Below, piece by piece: positions 25,858-40,329 of a stretch of DNA of 64,000 nucleotides (position 1 is the stretch's first letter; each line of letters starts with the position of its first letter). The position numbers and the translations under genes were made by a program. Under the pieces are notes generated by a model, which had not been told where the DNA came from, did no database searches, and worked only from the letters and a program-made list of their open reading frames with translations. The stretch comes from Octopus vulgaris. Its lineage: Eukaryota. The DNA lies in NCBI GenBank assembly GCA_951406725.2, contig OX597818.1, forward strand, positions 57,660,001-57,724,000. The letters run 5' to 3'.

Positions 25858-26182
25858 ATTGAAAATGAAAACGAAATATCATTGATATCAGAAACTAAAC
25901 ACTTTCTCTGAACGTCTCTTATTTCTCCCTTGTGAATTTCAATTTATAGATTTGTCATTATCTTTGAAGTAAGTGACTCTCATTGTAACATATCGCTACT
26001 ATTATCTTTTTCATTAAACATTTTCCGTTAGTTCTGCTCTATTTACACGCTTTTAACGAACTGCACTGTGAATAAATACGCGCTTTATTGCTCACAGTTA
26101 ATAATAAATCACGAGAACCATAAATGTTTTTCTACTAATGTAGATGTTTAGATTATGGTTATTCAATATAGCCATATTGTAT

Positions 26183-26556
26183 GGAGGCGCAATGGCCCAG
26201 TGGTTAGGGCAGCGGACTCGCGGTCGTAGGATCGCGGTTTCGATTCCCAGACCGGGCGTTGTGAGTGTTTATTCAGCGAAAACATCTAAAGCTCCACGAG
26301 GCTCCGGCAGGGATGGTAGTGATCCCTGCTGTACTCTTTCACCACAACTTTCTCTCACTCTTACTTCCTGTTTCTGTTGTACCTGTATTTCGAAGGGCCG
26401 GCCTTGTCACGCTGAATATCCCCGAGAAATACGTTAAGGATACACGTGTCTGTGGAGTGCTCAGCCACTTACACGTTAATTTCACGAGCAGGCTGTTCCG
26501 TTGATCGGATCAATCGGAACCCTCATCGTCGTAACCGACGGAGTGCTTCCCCCACC
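26183..26556 (+). mobile_element. SINE family B, full length
   Basis: TSD ATTGTATGG at 26176-26184 and 26557-26565; near-identical to 19211-19599. Confidence 0.92.
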
Positions 26557-28314
26557 ATTGTATGGGATCATACTGTATGTGGCCACAGAAGTTGCGTCCT
26601 CCTGTGCTATCGTCAAGCGAAACTCTTACTGCCAAACCGTAACTGCAAGCTCAAACGTGGTAAACAATTGTGGTTTCAATAAGAGACTACTTAAGATATA
26701 TTACACCAGTATTTAGTGCAGAAATGTACTTGCCTAGCAAGTGATTTGCTCTGAGTCCTTGTGCTGAAACTATCTCACTTAAAGCGCGAAGGAAATTAAC
26801 TTCACTTGATATTAACCTCAGTTGATCATTTATTAGTTTGTGATCGGGGTTTACCTGTGACCTGGTTACTTATAGACTACCGTTGCATTTTACAAAAAGG
26901 GTTAGTAATCAAGTGGCAGATAACTGAGTTGCAGATTGTACGATGAAAATAATAAATAAGTGAAGTAAACAGCTCGTTTTAGAATGGCTAATGTATTTTT
27001 CCATGATGTAATTTCAATAATAATATTATTTGTCAACGCTAAAACATGATTCATCCCATTATTTTAAATGTTTCGTCTATTGATTCTAACAGTTACCTAA
27101 CATATATAAACAAACAATAAATAATCTCTGAACTAGGTGTAAACAGTAGCTCCACGACAATGTGAAGAATATTTGCCACTTAAATGTTGCTAACCACTAA
27201 GTGTGAATGCTAGTGTAGATTGTAGCCCCAGGAGAATATCTTATCCAGTTGGCTATTGACACTTTCTGTGCATAACTTGTTAGAAAATATTAAACGATAC
27301 TAAACGAAATGGCATTATATGTTAAGCAGAGATTTGGCTGCTTAGATTATCAGCATCAGCAAATACAAACTTCTTCGTATGAACAATTCATTAAGATATA
27401 GCAGCAAAAGTATTATATGAATGTGGGGCTGATTTCCAAACGCATGTTTGGAAAGACACATCGACGTTAGGTACATTCGATGTGTTTAGGATGATATATT
27501 TGGGTTTGTTTATTAATTCAGTAATTAAAGTGTTATGCTTGAAGTCATTTCAGCCTCTATATGCTTCTGTCTTGGTGCGCACCACCCCGCCCTACACGCT
27601 GGCGCACATGAGTATACACCTCTGCATAAACTGTTAAAATATAATACACACACACATACACACACACATATAAAAGGTCAGATTCCGAGGCAGGTGTATC
27701 AAATATAAATGAGTAACTGTAGAGGTACTTGCATCAATCCATTACGGCCGTTTCTGACGTCTCTTTTAATTGTAAAGAAACCTTTTTTCGTCAGATGAAT
27801 TCATGAAATCCAAAATAAAGGACATTCAAAATGATTTTATCGACTTGTAGAGATAAAGTTTGATTAATGGTTTAATAACATGATAATTTAATAGGTTGAT
27901 CAGACAACAAATCATTTTCTTACCACTAGCCAGTACAAATGATATAACTCCTTAATGGATAAACCCAAGACTTATGGAGCCACACCCCACTCTCTTTTGT
28001 TAGAAGTAGAGACAATTAGGTCACTGCTGTAAATTATACCTTCCCTCTCATAAAAATTCTCCTAACCTCTAATTGTTTTCTCTTCTGTTAAAATATACAC
28101 TATTCTGTTAAATCCATTCCGTCAACAGAAATAGTAGCAGAATCACTCTAAATGTTTTTGCTCCGTGGATTTTAAACAATGTTAAATGATTTTGTCCTTC
28201 AATGTCCTTCATGAATTCATCTGACAAAAACTGTTTCTTCATACATACATACATACATACATACATACATACATAAATACATACATACATACATACATAT
28301 GTACGTATACATAC

Positions 28315-28366
<52 letters not shown>

Positions 28367-28394
28367 CTCTATATATCTCTCTATATATATGCGC

Positions 28395-28715
28395 ACTCCG
28401 TCAGTTACGATGACGACGGCCCTATCTGATCCAATTAACGGAACAGAGTATTCGTGAAATAAACGTGCAAGTGGCTGAGCACTCCACAGACACGTGTACC
28501 CTTAACGTAGTTCTTGGGGAGATTCAGCGTGACACAGAGTGTGACAAGGCTGGCCCCATTCAAATACAGGTACAACTAATTTTTACCCACTGCGTGGACT
28601 GGAGCAACGTGAATTATAGTGTCTTGCTCAAGGACACAACACGTCACCGGGAATTAAACTCACGTCCTTACAATCGTTAGTCGAATGCCCTAACCACTTA
28701 AACCACGCTCCTTCA
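28395..28715 (-). mobile_element. Chimeric SINE: family C-like head with family B tail
   Basis: 28395-28570 is the reverse complement of the B tail; 28570-28715 is a CORE-like head. Confidence 0.75.
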
Positions 28716-29139
28716 CATATTTGTTCGTATATACATATATCTGTGTGTGTGCCTGTACGATGGCACACACACACGTACATAAACACTCACCCACACACGC
28801 GTGCGTGCACACATGTACATACAGACTCTTACACACACAAAAGTTATGACAATTCGGGAGCTGTTCCCCTTTCAGGTACATTTTCATTTGCTTATTCTAA
28901 AACATCGCACAACTTCACGGGATCCCATACTATTTAATTACTTTACAGTGTTTTTATCCAAGATGGAATCGCACATCAATGCTGCAAGGAACAAACATAG
29001 AATAGCTATTCAGAGATATGTCTCTCAACATGAAATCAATGGTAGTCTGGTCACCCAACTAAAAAGGACACATACACACACGAGCGTATGAATACGTGTG
29101 TAAGCACAGGCTTTCTAACAACACTTCAGACTCCGATAT

Positions 29140-29218
<79 letters not shown>

Positions 29219-30347
29219 ATATATATATATATTATATTAAATTAGAGATATTAAATAATTAAATAAATTAAATAATTTTTAAAATTTTAACTTTTATGTT
29301 TTAAAATTAATTTTATGTATTGGCTTATATTTTTCACTGTTTGATTTGCCTAATAGTGGTTTTATCTCTAATTTAATATAATATAATATATTTATACTAT
29401 AAAATTGGATTTAATCCTAAATCTAATTTAATTTTTCCCTGTAAGTTTGGATTTATTCCCTAATATTATTAATATATATATATATATATCAGATCTTTAG
29501 TCTCAGAGCTCTATATATATATGATGTGCAGTTCATTCGAAATCATCTTCAAAAGCTATTGTTGGAAAATGAAAATGAAAAGATTCTATAAATATGCCTT
29601 CAGGAATTAAATCATTTTGAAAAGTATTTCCTATATAATTTTCTGTTTCCTTAACAATTGAGATTTAAGAGACGAATGAAAAAAATGTTTTGGAATAAAT
29701 AGAAATGCATATTTTACAATTTTTACCGAAATTACTTGTAAGCCAATCAAAAATTTGGAAAAAATAACAGAAATTGAGTAAATAAAATATGAAACACAGC
29801 TAAAGCAATCTTGTCTGAAGAGAAATACATAACAATTGTTTAAAATTATTTCTTTTTGTTTATTAATGAAGGAAAAAAAAAGTTTATTTAAAAATACGAA
29901 GAAATTATATCAGGAATGTTTTTTCAATAAATCAATAGAAGGAAGAATCATTATTAAATGGAAATAATAACGTGTACTTCAAATTGATGACGTCAACGAA
30001 AAGGAAAAGTACATCGACGCGTAAAATTTTGATGATTTTGTTGTTGGAGGTGACGATTTTGTTGTTATGGTGGTGGCGGTTGTGGTGATGGTAGTGGAGG
30101 TGATGGTAATGGTGATGATGATGATGATGATGTGTGATGACAATCATCAAAGTCACTCAAGCACATACATTCCCCCCATATACATATTTATATATATATA
30201 TATTCACCTGTTTTCAAATAGTATTTGCTGATGTAGAGTGTGAATATATTCATGTGTGCTTGTATGTGGGTCAGTCGTATGTGGGTCAGTCGTATGTGGG
30301 TCAGTCGTGTGTGGGTAAGTGAGTAGCAGGACATTTCTTTGAGCGTG

Positions 30348-30392
<45 letters not shown>

Positions 30393-30522
30393 GTGTTGGT
30401 GTTTTTTTTCAAATTATCATAATCGCAGGTATAACATACTCAGAAACGTGGGTTGATTAAAGTAGACAGTTGGTCACTGTGCAGTCGTATGGCTACATGC
30501 GGATATTATTGGCTATTTGCAA

Positions 30523-31101
30523 AGCGGCGAGCTGGCCGAAACGTTACCACGCCGGGCGAAATGCGTAGACGTATTTCGTCTGCTGTTATGTTCTGAGTTC
30601 AAATTCCGCCGATTTCGACTTTGCCTGTCATCCTTTCGGGGTCGATTGAATAAGTACCAGTTACGCACTGGGGTCGATGTAATCGACTTAATCCATTTGT
30701 CTATCTCTGTTTCTTCCTTCTGTGTTTAGCCCCTCGTGGGTAGTAAAGAAATAGGTATTTCGTCTGCCGTTACTTTCTGAGTTCAAATTCCGCCGAGGTC
30801 GACTTTGCCTTTCATCCTTTCGAGATCGATTAAACAAGTACCAGTTACGCACTGGGGGCGATACAGTCGACTTAATCCGTTTGTCTGTCCCTGTTTGTCC
30901 TCTCTGTGGTTAGACCCTTGTGGGTAGTAAAGAAATGCGTATTTCGTCTGTCTTTACGTTCTGAGTTCAAATTCCGCCGAGGTCGACTTAGCCATTCATC
31001 CCTTCGGGATCAATAAATTAAGTACCAGTTACGCACTGGTGTCGATCTAATCGATTGGTCCCCTCCCAAAAATTTCGGGCCTTGTGCCTAGAGTAGAAAA
31101 G
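30523..31101 (+). mobile_element. SINE family D, three internal units plus tail
   Basis: Units at 30571, 30755 and 30939 (period 184); TSD ATTATTGGCT(A/G)TTTGC at 30505-30520 and 31102-31117. Confidence 0.9.
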
Positions 31102-31978
31102 ATTATTGGCTGTTTGCGAACAAATTGCATATTGAAAGAAAACGAAAACGGAATTGTATTACGGAATAGCGTCTCAGCTCTTCCCTCGGCAGAAATATTT
31201 GCTCTCCCTATTAATTTTTCACCGATCTGTTATTCTACAAACACGTTTAGCACAAACATGGTTCTCGAATAGAATCTATGTAAAAGAGGTGGCGAAACGG
31301 CTGGAAATTGAATCAGAAATGGAATCCACACGGCGGGATACCCTACTGAATCTATCCACCTAGGTGGAATCAAAAGACTTCAATCTAAGAGGCACTATAG
31401 TAAAAAGTCACTTGTGGGAGAGCCACTTATAGGGATCGAACTTGGCTTCTCGTGATTGGAGAAAAAAAGTTTCGTAATTATTCACTCATGCTGTGTATTG
31501 TAATTGCTACTTATTTCATATAAATAGACAATTATTGTTATACATACTGTTTGTCATTTGCATTTTTCTTCTATCTTTAACTTGACAACGGCCAAGCTGG
31601 GATACCGCTTTGATTAAATTTAATTAATTTAGGAATGAATGTGGTCCAGAGTTGGTTGAGAACAACAGCTGTAGTCCCCGCACAAACATAATTGTATGTT
31701 GTAAACAATTCACCGATGAAGAACTAGCCACGCACCATGCCATGCGAGAGGGTATAATTGCTCATGTATTAAATGCATGAATTAGAGTAAAACATAAACA
31801 CTACATAATCACATATGGACTATTATTATCCTAATAAAAAGATTACCATTTGCCTGGGTACATTTCTTTAATATCCATTACGTCAACTTCTGGGAACACA
31901 CGCTACTCTAACGATAAAAGGATTTGACTACACGACTGAAAATTCCACTTCCATTTTTTTAATAATAGTGCACAACTA

Positions 31979-32376
31979 GGCGCAAGAGTGGCTGTGTGGT
32001 AAGTAGCTTGCTAACCAACCACAATGTTCCGGGTTCAGTCCCACTGCGTGGCACCTTGGGCAAGTGTCTTCTGCTATATCCCCGGGCCGACCAATGCCTT
32101 GTGAGTGGATTAGGTAGACGGAAACTGAAAGAAGCCTGTCGTTTATATGTATATATATATATGTGTGTGTGTTTGTGTGTGTGTGTTTGTCTCCCTAGCA
32201 TTGCTTGACAACCGATGCTGGTGTGTCCCCGTCACTTAGCGGTTCGGCAAAAGAGACCGATAGAATAAGTACTGGGCTTACAAAAATAAGTCCCAGGGTC
32301 GATTTGCTCGACTAAAGGCGGTTCTCTAGCATGGCCGCAGTCAAATGACTGAAACAAGTAAAAGAGAGAAAAGAGT
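31979..32376 (+). mobile_element. SINE family A, full length
   Basis: Matches 18155-18548; short AACTAG flank duplication. Confidence 0.9.
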
Positions 32377-32464
32377 AACTAGCCCCTGCATAAATAGGTC
32401 CGTGTAGTGCCTGTGTGTGTATGTGTCTCTATAATGTGTGAACGATGTTCGATTCAATATCCAA

Positions 32465-32669
32465 CAGCTTGCAGAAACGTTAGCACGCCGGACGTAATGC
32501 TTATCGGCATTTCGTCTGTCTTTATGTTCTGAGATCAAATTCCTCCGAGGTCGAATTTGCCTTTCATCCTTTTGGGGTCGAAAATTTGAGTACCAGTTGC
32601 GTACTGGTGTCGATCTAATCAACTCGCTGCTCCCCCCAAATTTTGGGCCTTGTGCCTAGAATAGAAGAG
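32465..32669 (+). mobile_element. SINE family D, monomer plus tail
   Basis: TSD AATATCCAACAG at 32456-32467 and 32670-32681. Confidence 0.88.
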
Positions 32670-33607
32670 AATATCCAACAGTTAATTTGCCCAGCGTGTC
32701 ATCTAGGGATCTGTTATCTGACAAATGAGCTGCAAGTCTACAACATACCATCTCCCCCTCTCTCTCTCTCTCTTTCTCTTTCTCTCTCTCCCTCTCTGTA
32801 TGTATATGGTTGATATTTACGGCCGGCCAGAGTATGAGCACTGGTTTCGTATAAGAAGCATTTCCCTACCACACAGTACTAATTTCAAATCCATAGCGTG
32901 ACATCTTGGACAAGAGCCTTGTACTATAGCCTCGGCTCACCCAAAGCTTTCTGGAATTTTTTAGATGGATATATATATATATATAATGAAAATAATTATA
33001 ATGGTATATAAGCCTAAAGCGTATAGCGATCACTGTGCAATGACTAGGAAAAATAGTCAAATAATGGCGCATATAAGCACTCGAGAGCAAAAAAAAAAAG
33101 TAGTAGGCTTCACCATCCACGTAAGACACGAACCCATTTCCATTTGTCAACGGGAATAAATTTGTTACAATTACACCAGCAAATTAGCATCAAGAACTAT
33201 ATCAGTTCGTAGTTGTTTTTTAAACAAACTTTCTATAAGCTTTCGGTGCGAATGGTTGTGTTATACGTTGCCGGGTTTTACAATTCTATAAATATATATA
33301 ATGATATTTATATAAGTCTAAAGCTTAGAGCGGTTAGGGCTTATATGCTCCATTATATATATATAATATATATGTATATATATATTATGTGAAATAGAAA
33401 GATGAATAATCTTGTAGTAGATTAATCAAAAGTTTAACCGATACCTTAGTAGCAAAAATCACAGCAGTAAACAGCACGGTTGGAGGTACAACCATATGGT
33501 GTTGCAACCGTGCGTTGGTGCGGATAATTGAAATTAAAACATTATTGGTGAATTATGCGTTCAGCTCCATTTCTTCAATTCACCAATTATGTATATATAT
33601 ATATATA

Positions 33608-33893
33608 CTGTTGTGTCTGGGGAGAGTCATTCTCTTTTAGTGCCTTATTATTTAACACACTCACCGGTAAAATTTCCACTTATTTCTTATTTTTATTTTC
33701 TAAAATTTTCGTTGCGTCTTGAAAGAGAGAAGAGGTGGGTGGGAGGAAGTCTTGAGAGTGAAGACTATTGAAAAGGTTGCAAGACGCAACGAAAATTTTA
33801 GAAAATAAAAATAAGAAATAAGTGGAAATTTTACCGGTGCGTGTGTTAAATAATTAGGCTCTAAAAGAGAATGACTCTTCCCAGACACAACAG
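33608..33893. repeat. Fold-back with 114-bp arms, probable inverted PLE pLTR
   Basis: 33608-33721 versus 33780-33893 near-perfect inverted repeat; starts next to a (TA)n tract. Confidence 0.85.
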
Positions 33894-34129
33894 AATATGC
33901 TTCAACACACGAACTCATATAAAGAAACCTGCAAACCAAATCCAAAAACGAAACATATATATATATATATATATATGGTTATCAGTAATAATAAAGGGTG
34001 AAATTAATTAATTTGGAATATTTATCAATTACACCAAGTAGATTTCGGCATGTAAAAGCCCCATTCGAGGAAAATTTAAGTAATACTAAGTAATACAGCT
34101 ATATCTCTTTGACTGCTATTTCTAAATTC

Positions 34130-34166
<37 letters not shown>

Positions 34167-34951
34167 AGAAAGTGCTTTAGTGTATATTACCCTGGTGGTT
34201 TTCACATATAGCAGATCCATATATTGTTTATAGGAAAACTGAGAATTGGGGAGATTTTTCACTTTACCTGAAAATCAAAAAATATGCATACAATATTTAT
34301 GATAAATATGAATGCGTGGAATTAGCAAATCATTTTAATAAAATATTTATTGTCGTTTGATCTTAACTCAGTATGATTAATCTAGCGTAATGCTCTAATC
34401 TTCCTGCAGCCGCTGATAAATTTCTATCTAGGATATTTAACAACACATGCTGGGCATGATATCTGAGAATTTAAAATAAAATAAAAATATATATTAAATG
34501 CTGATTGACATCTCTTAAATAATGTACACAACGGCGGGCGATTTCACAGGAAAGTATTTAAGTCATAGAAACAAATGAATACAATGGAAATTCGTAATAG
34601 AAACAAATGCAAATAAACAAACGGATACAGAAGGGAATCAATATATTTCGACGAAATAATTATATGTCCCGCTGTTTGTCTGTTTTACGTGTCACTACAA
34701 CAAAATTTCCAGCTGTGCCTTCTTCTATAAATCATGTGTTAAGATGTCTTGAGCAGCAGGAAAATAGAAGAATTTGCCGTAGGATATAATCTTGGTGGAA
34801 TCACTTTTCTATTATGTTGAGCGTGAAAACATCAGGCCAAGCACGAATTAGTATATTCAACTGGTAGACAGAGGGGATTTTGGATTATTTCTCTACGCAG
34901 GGTTTGGCATGGTCTTAACCACATTGGACTAAGTTTATTATCCTTTGTGGA

Positions 34952-35732
34952 AGGCGGCGAGCTGGCAGAAACGCTAGCACGCCGGGCAAAATGCGTAGCC
35001 GTATTTCGACTGCCGTTACGTTCTGGTATCAAATTCCACCGAAGTCGACTTTGCCTTTCATCCTTTCGGGGTCGATAAATTAAGTACCAGTTACGCACTG
35101 GGGTAGATATAACCGACTTAATCCGTTTGTCTGTACTTGTTTGTCCTCTCTGTGTTTAGCCCCTTGTGGATAGTAAAGAAATAGGTATTTCGTCTGCCGT
35201 TACGTTGTGAGTTCGAATTCCGCGAAGTCGACTTTGCCTTTCATGCTTTCGGGGTCGATAAATTAAGTACCAGTTACGCACTGGGGTAGACATAATCGAC
35301 TTAATCCGTTTGTCTGTCCTTGTTTATCCCCTCTGTGATTAGTCTCTTGTGGATAGTAAAGAAACAGGCATTTCGTCTGCCGTTACGTTCTGAGTTCAAA
35401 TTCCGCCGAAGTCGAATTTGCCTTTCATGCTTTCGGGGTCGATAAATTAAGTACCAGTTACGCACTGGGGTAGACATAATCGACTTAATCCGTTTGTCTG
35501 TCCTTGTTTATCCCCTCTGTGTTTAGCCCTTTGTGGGTAGTAAAGAAATAGGTATTTCGTCTGCCGTTACGTTGTGAGTTCGAATTCCGCCGAAGTCGAC
35601 TTTGCCTTTTATGCTTTCGGGGTCGATAAATTAAGTACCAATTACGCACTGGTGTCGATATAATCGACTTAATCCGTTTGTCTGTACTTATTTGTCCCCT
35701 CTGTGTTTAGCCCCTTGTGGGTAGTAGAGAAA
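34952..35732 (+). mobile_element. SINE family D, four tandem internal units
   Basis: Units at 35001, 35185, 35368 and 35552; TSD TTATTATCCT(T/A)TGTG at 34935-34949 and 35736-35750. Confidence 0.92.
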
Positions 35733-35919
35733 CCATTATTATCCTATGTGTACTTAACAACTTCCCAGTAGGGACGTAGTTTCGCGTAACCAATCAATGC
35801 AACAAAGAACAAGAACTGTACATACATGTTCAAGTAGTTCCTCTACACGACAATATACACAGCATTCGCTGGACGATTTTTTTTCTCTTAAATCAATATT
35901 TGCTAAAAAAATATACATA

Positions 35920-36322
35920 GGCGCAGGAGTGGCTGTGTGGTAAGTAGCTTGCTTACCAACCACATGGTTCCGGGTTCAGTCCCACTGCGTGGCATCTTGG
36001 GCAAGTGTCTTCTGCTATAGCCCCGGGCCAACAAATGCCTTGTGAGTGGATTTGGTAGACGGAAACTGAAAGAAGCCTGTCGTATATATGTATATATATA
36101 TGTGTGTGTGTGTGTGTTTGTGTGTCTGTGTTTGTCCCCCTAGCATTGCTTGACAACCGATGCTGGTGTGTTTATGTCCCCGTCACTTAGCGGTTCGGCA
36201 AAAAGAGACCGATTGAATAAGTACTGGGCTTACAAAGAATAAGTCCCGGGGTCGAGTTGCTCGACTAAAGGCGGTGCTCCAACATGGCCGCAGTCAAAAT
36301 GACTGAAACAAGTAAAAAGAAA
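35920..36322 (+). mobile_element. SINE family A, full length
   Basis: Matches 18155-18548. Confidence 0.9.
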
Positions 36323-36967
36323 AGGAAAAAGAAAGAAAGATATAAAGAGAGAACTTTTATTGTTTTCATCAAAATTCGGAATAGAATCATGGCAAATATA
36401 ATTCCAGATTCCCATTTAGATATTTAAAAAATCATCTACGAGATACTTGCTTGTGAGAAAGTTGATTTATTTTTAAAGTTTTACTTGTTGGGATGATCGG
36501 CAATTTATTATTAAATCTGCAAGATGCATCAAACGCAGACACATTTATTGTCAATTAAAAACCCGTAGAAGTAGAATAGATTCTCGTTTTATATGGCAAT
36601 AAATTCATTCTGAGGAAGATTTGACTTAAGTTCATACATCAACGGCAGCCAGCGAAAAAATATTCACGCACAAACGCACACACACACACGTATAAAAAAA
36701 TTATGATGAACACAATTTTACATCCATAACAGATTATCAGGTACACTTTCTTACATTATGTAAAAATTAGCTCTCTGAAACAGGATGCAATTAAACGCAC
36801 GCTATTGGTGTTTTGTGGTTAAACATCGAACTGCACTTGAAACATCCGGAGCAGGGTTCAAAACAAACAGTGTAGTGAAATGTATCGAAGAACGAAAAAT
36901 AAAAACGTCTGTTCCAGAAATAATATAATATAATATAATATAACATAATATAATATAATATAATATA

Positions 36968-37023
<56 letters not shown>

Positions 37024-37809
37024 TATATATATATAGCCTAGAAACAAATGATGTGTTGCCTTTCATTTTAATGCTAAATTGCTTGATGCATAATTTAAGA
37101 GAAAATATATACAATAGACATAAACATAAGCATATATATATCAATACGGCTCATTCCCCTGTTCCCGCCCACGCTACCGCACTTGCCCTTAACTCTCCAA
37201 CACCACCCACCTCACTCGCACCAATCATCTACCCTATCTCACTACTTCTTCACCTACACTTCTACCAATGTCATGTACTGCATCTCATATTTTCTCTGCC
37301 CTTCTCTATACATCGGGCATATGAAATATACTGCTAGTAGTGTACCTAATTATTCATACTCAAATGCTGGTGATTGCGTGGCAATCTCATAATCGATTGT
37401 CATATATAGGCGTAGGTGGAATGTGGTTTACCCTTAATTTATACAGCACATATGAAAACGGAAAGGGTGCAAAACGACATAACTCATTCGGTAGACATTC
37501 CACGTGTCTATTTATTCAAAAGTAGTAGTAGAATACATACACATGTAGTAAATATGTGTTACACACACACATGTATTAAGATTACAGAAAATAACAAAAG
37601 ATCTGTTCCTTACAGCCGTTTCTGCCAAGAGGCAACGAAATCCTTCATGGCATCTCCATCTCTTCAGTGTTCTGTAGGCATGGGCAGATAACGTTTAGAT
37701 GATGAGTGTGCCTCTAGGCTTCTTCAGAGGGTCTAACTGGTCAGGAGGGCTAATAATATAATAAACAGTTAATAATATAATAATAAGTACCGTATATATA
37801 TATATAAAT

Positions 37810-37995
37810 CGGACTTGCGGTCGGAGGATCGCGGTTTCGATTCCCAGACCGGGCGTTGTGTGTGTTTATTGAGCGAAAAAAACACCTAAAAGCTCCACCA
37901 TGCTCCGGCAGGAGGTGGTGATCCCTGCTGTACTCTTTCACCACTATAAAGGCGGTGCTCCAGCATGGCCGCATTAAAATTACTTAAACAATTAA
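37810..37995 (+). mobile_element. Fragment of SINE B head fused to SINE A 3' tail
   Basis: 37810-37945 matches B; 37947-37975 AAAGGCGGTGCTCCAGCATGGCCGCA matches the A tail. Confidence 0.7.
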
Positions 37996-37999
37996 AAAA

Positions 38000-38057
<58 letters not shown>

Positions 38058-38234
38058 GGGAGAGTTTACGAAAAAACAAAAGACGAAGACAGGTAGTGTA
38101 CAAAACAAACAGATGTATTAGTATAACGCTCAGGAATAGAAAAACCTCTTTTACGTTTCGAGCCTACGCTCTCCTACTGAAAGGGACACAGAAAAAACAA
38201 GGAGAGAAAAATGTGTGTAGTGGCTAACGATATG

Positions 38235-38334
<100 letters not shown>

Positions 38335-39168
38335 GATATACATTTGTTTATGTGTGTGAACGTGTGCGCGTGTGTAGCTGTATGAGTGTTTTTTATTACA
38401 CAATCTCTGTTGGCAATCTCGGTCGAAATATATTATATGAGGTTCAGATACACCGGGACAAATTTCTGGAAAGAATAAATCAATTTATTATGGCGAGTGA
38501 GTTAACAAAATATTTGATACAAAACTCGATGCAATTTCTACGAGACTGTCGTCGTCGGAATCTTCATCGTAGATGGTTATTGTATAATGCATAATGCTTC
38601 ATAGCATACATATACAAACGATAGCGTCATGCATGTGATGAACATTTTGAGAGAGAAATGATTAAATTTTATGTTCAGTTAACCTTCTGACATCACTGTA
38701 GTCAATGCACTTATCCTTGTCTGTAATGAGAATAATTTTCTGTTGAGAAACGAAGAATATGTAGTGTAAAAAATGTTGTGCTTTATACAAAACAAAGGAC
38801 AGTGAAGTGAATGAGTTAACATGCGAACAGATTGCGTTCTTTCTCATGGTGTACGGCCATGCTTCTTACGAAATGTGACAAAGACACGACATTTCTACAG
38901 CTTGATTGACATAAAATGTTTGCAAAATGTATGTAATCATTGAAAGAACACGTGTAGACTAATTAACTTTCCAAATGTTCTTCTGTTTAATTGTATTTGA
39001 ATTGTTTAAGGAAAACATAACCGAGTTGCTAATTAATGACTTTCCTACCATCATTGCTAAATGTGTACAGAGCTTAAAATATTATATCACAAAGACTGAA
39101 GTATCTTCCGGATATTATCTCAGACACACACACACATACACACATACGCGCGCTCTGATATAGAAATA

Positions 39169-39232
<64 letters not shown>

Positions 39233-39411
39233 ACAAAAATAGTGAGACAACAAAAGAAAGAAAGAGACCCCGATATTATGTAAATAGAGGAATTTATCTG
39301 TAAATGTAATATGTGACAATTACTCGGTAGCCGAATAATTGTCATATATATATATATATATATTTACCTAAATATATGTATATATATACATATTTTATTA
39401 ATATTCATATA

Positions 39412-39760
39412 TCTATCATATAAAATCCGTTCTGTGTGTGTGTGTGTGTCTTCTAGGATCTCGGGCATCCTCCATCCGATTGCGCTCAAATTTGATATGT
39501 AGATACTGACGGTATCAGGACGTGTATAAGTCTGGAGAAAATTTCAAAAATCGATTCCAGGAGAGAATGCGATCGATAAAGCTGTGAGAACGTGCAATTG
39601 TAGGCGCAAGTACATCAGTCGAAATTTGTCTTTTGCCGGTGTCTCAAATTTAGGTTAAATCAGTGTTTCGCAAAGAGGAGGCCTATGTTTTGAATAAATT
39701 AGGTTTAAATGTTTGACAACTCAGCACCGTCCATTGGACGGAGGTCGTTTTGCTCGTATA
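39412..39760 (+). mobile_element. Non-autonomous Helitron family B, 5' part
   Basis: A|TCTATCATATAAAATCCGTTCTGTG start; homologous to 55562-55862(-). Confidence 0.6.
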
Positions 39761-40019
39761 AATATGCATATACATGCACAGAGTGAGAAAGGTAAGAAAG
39801 AGAGAGAGAGAGAGAGAGAGACAAAGAGAGACAGAGTGAAGGGGAGAGAGAGAGAGTTATAGATAGACATATAGAGAGAAATAGGGAGCGAGAGAAGTGA
39901 CGCTCATATTATCTCGTTTTCCACCATCACCCGTCCTCACTTTGAATACTGTGGCGCGATTTGGTCTCCATACACGAAATAATTGAAGCACTCCAAAGGT
40001 CACTCATTATTTAAAAACA

Positions 40020-40066
<47 letters not shown>

Positions 40067-40329
40067 GGGAAGGTTTACGAAAATAAACAAAAGACGAAGG
40101 CAGGTGGAGTACAAACAAACAATGTATTAGTATGGCGCTCAGGAATAGAAATAAAAGTATTTTACGTTTCGAGCCTACGACAGAAAGATACACAGAAAAG
40201 AAACAAGGAGGAAAAAAATTGCGTGTAAGGGCTAACGATCATAGACAACATGACTGGTTTCCATTATCGCTATCAAATCGCGAAGCTCAAATCTTATTTT
40301 TCCCAATGCCGCAATGAGCACTATATTAC

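Noticed and set aside
34952-35732. Regularly spaced repeats resembling a CRISPR array or a hammerhead retrozyme
   Set aside because: Units are contiguous with no unique spacers, the context is eukaryotic, and no complete hammerhead motif was seen on either strand of the unit
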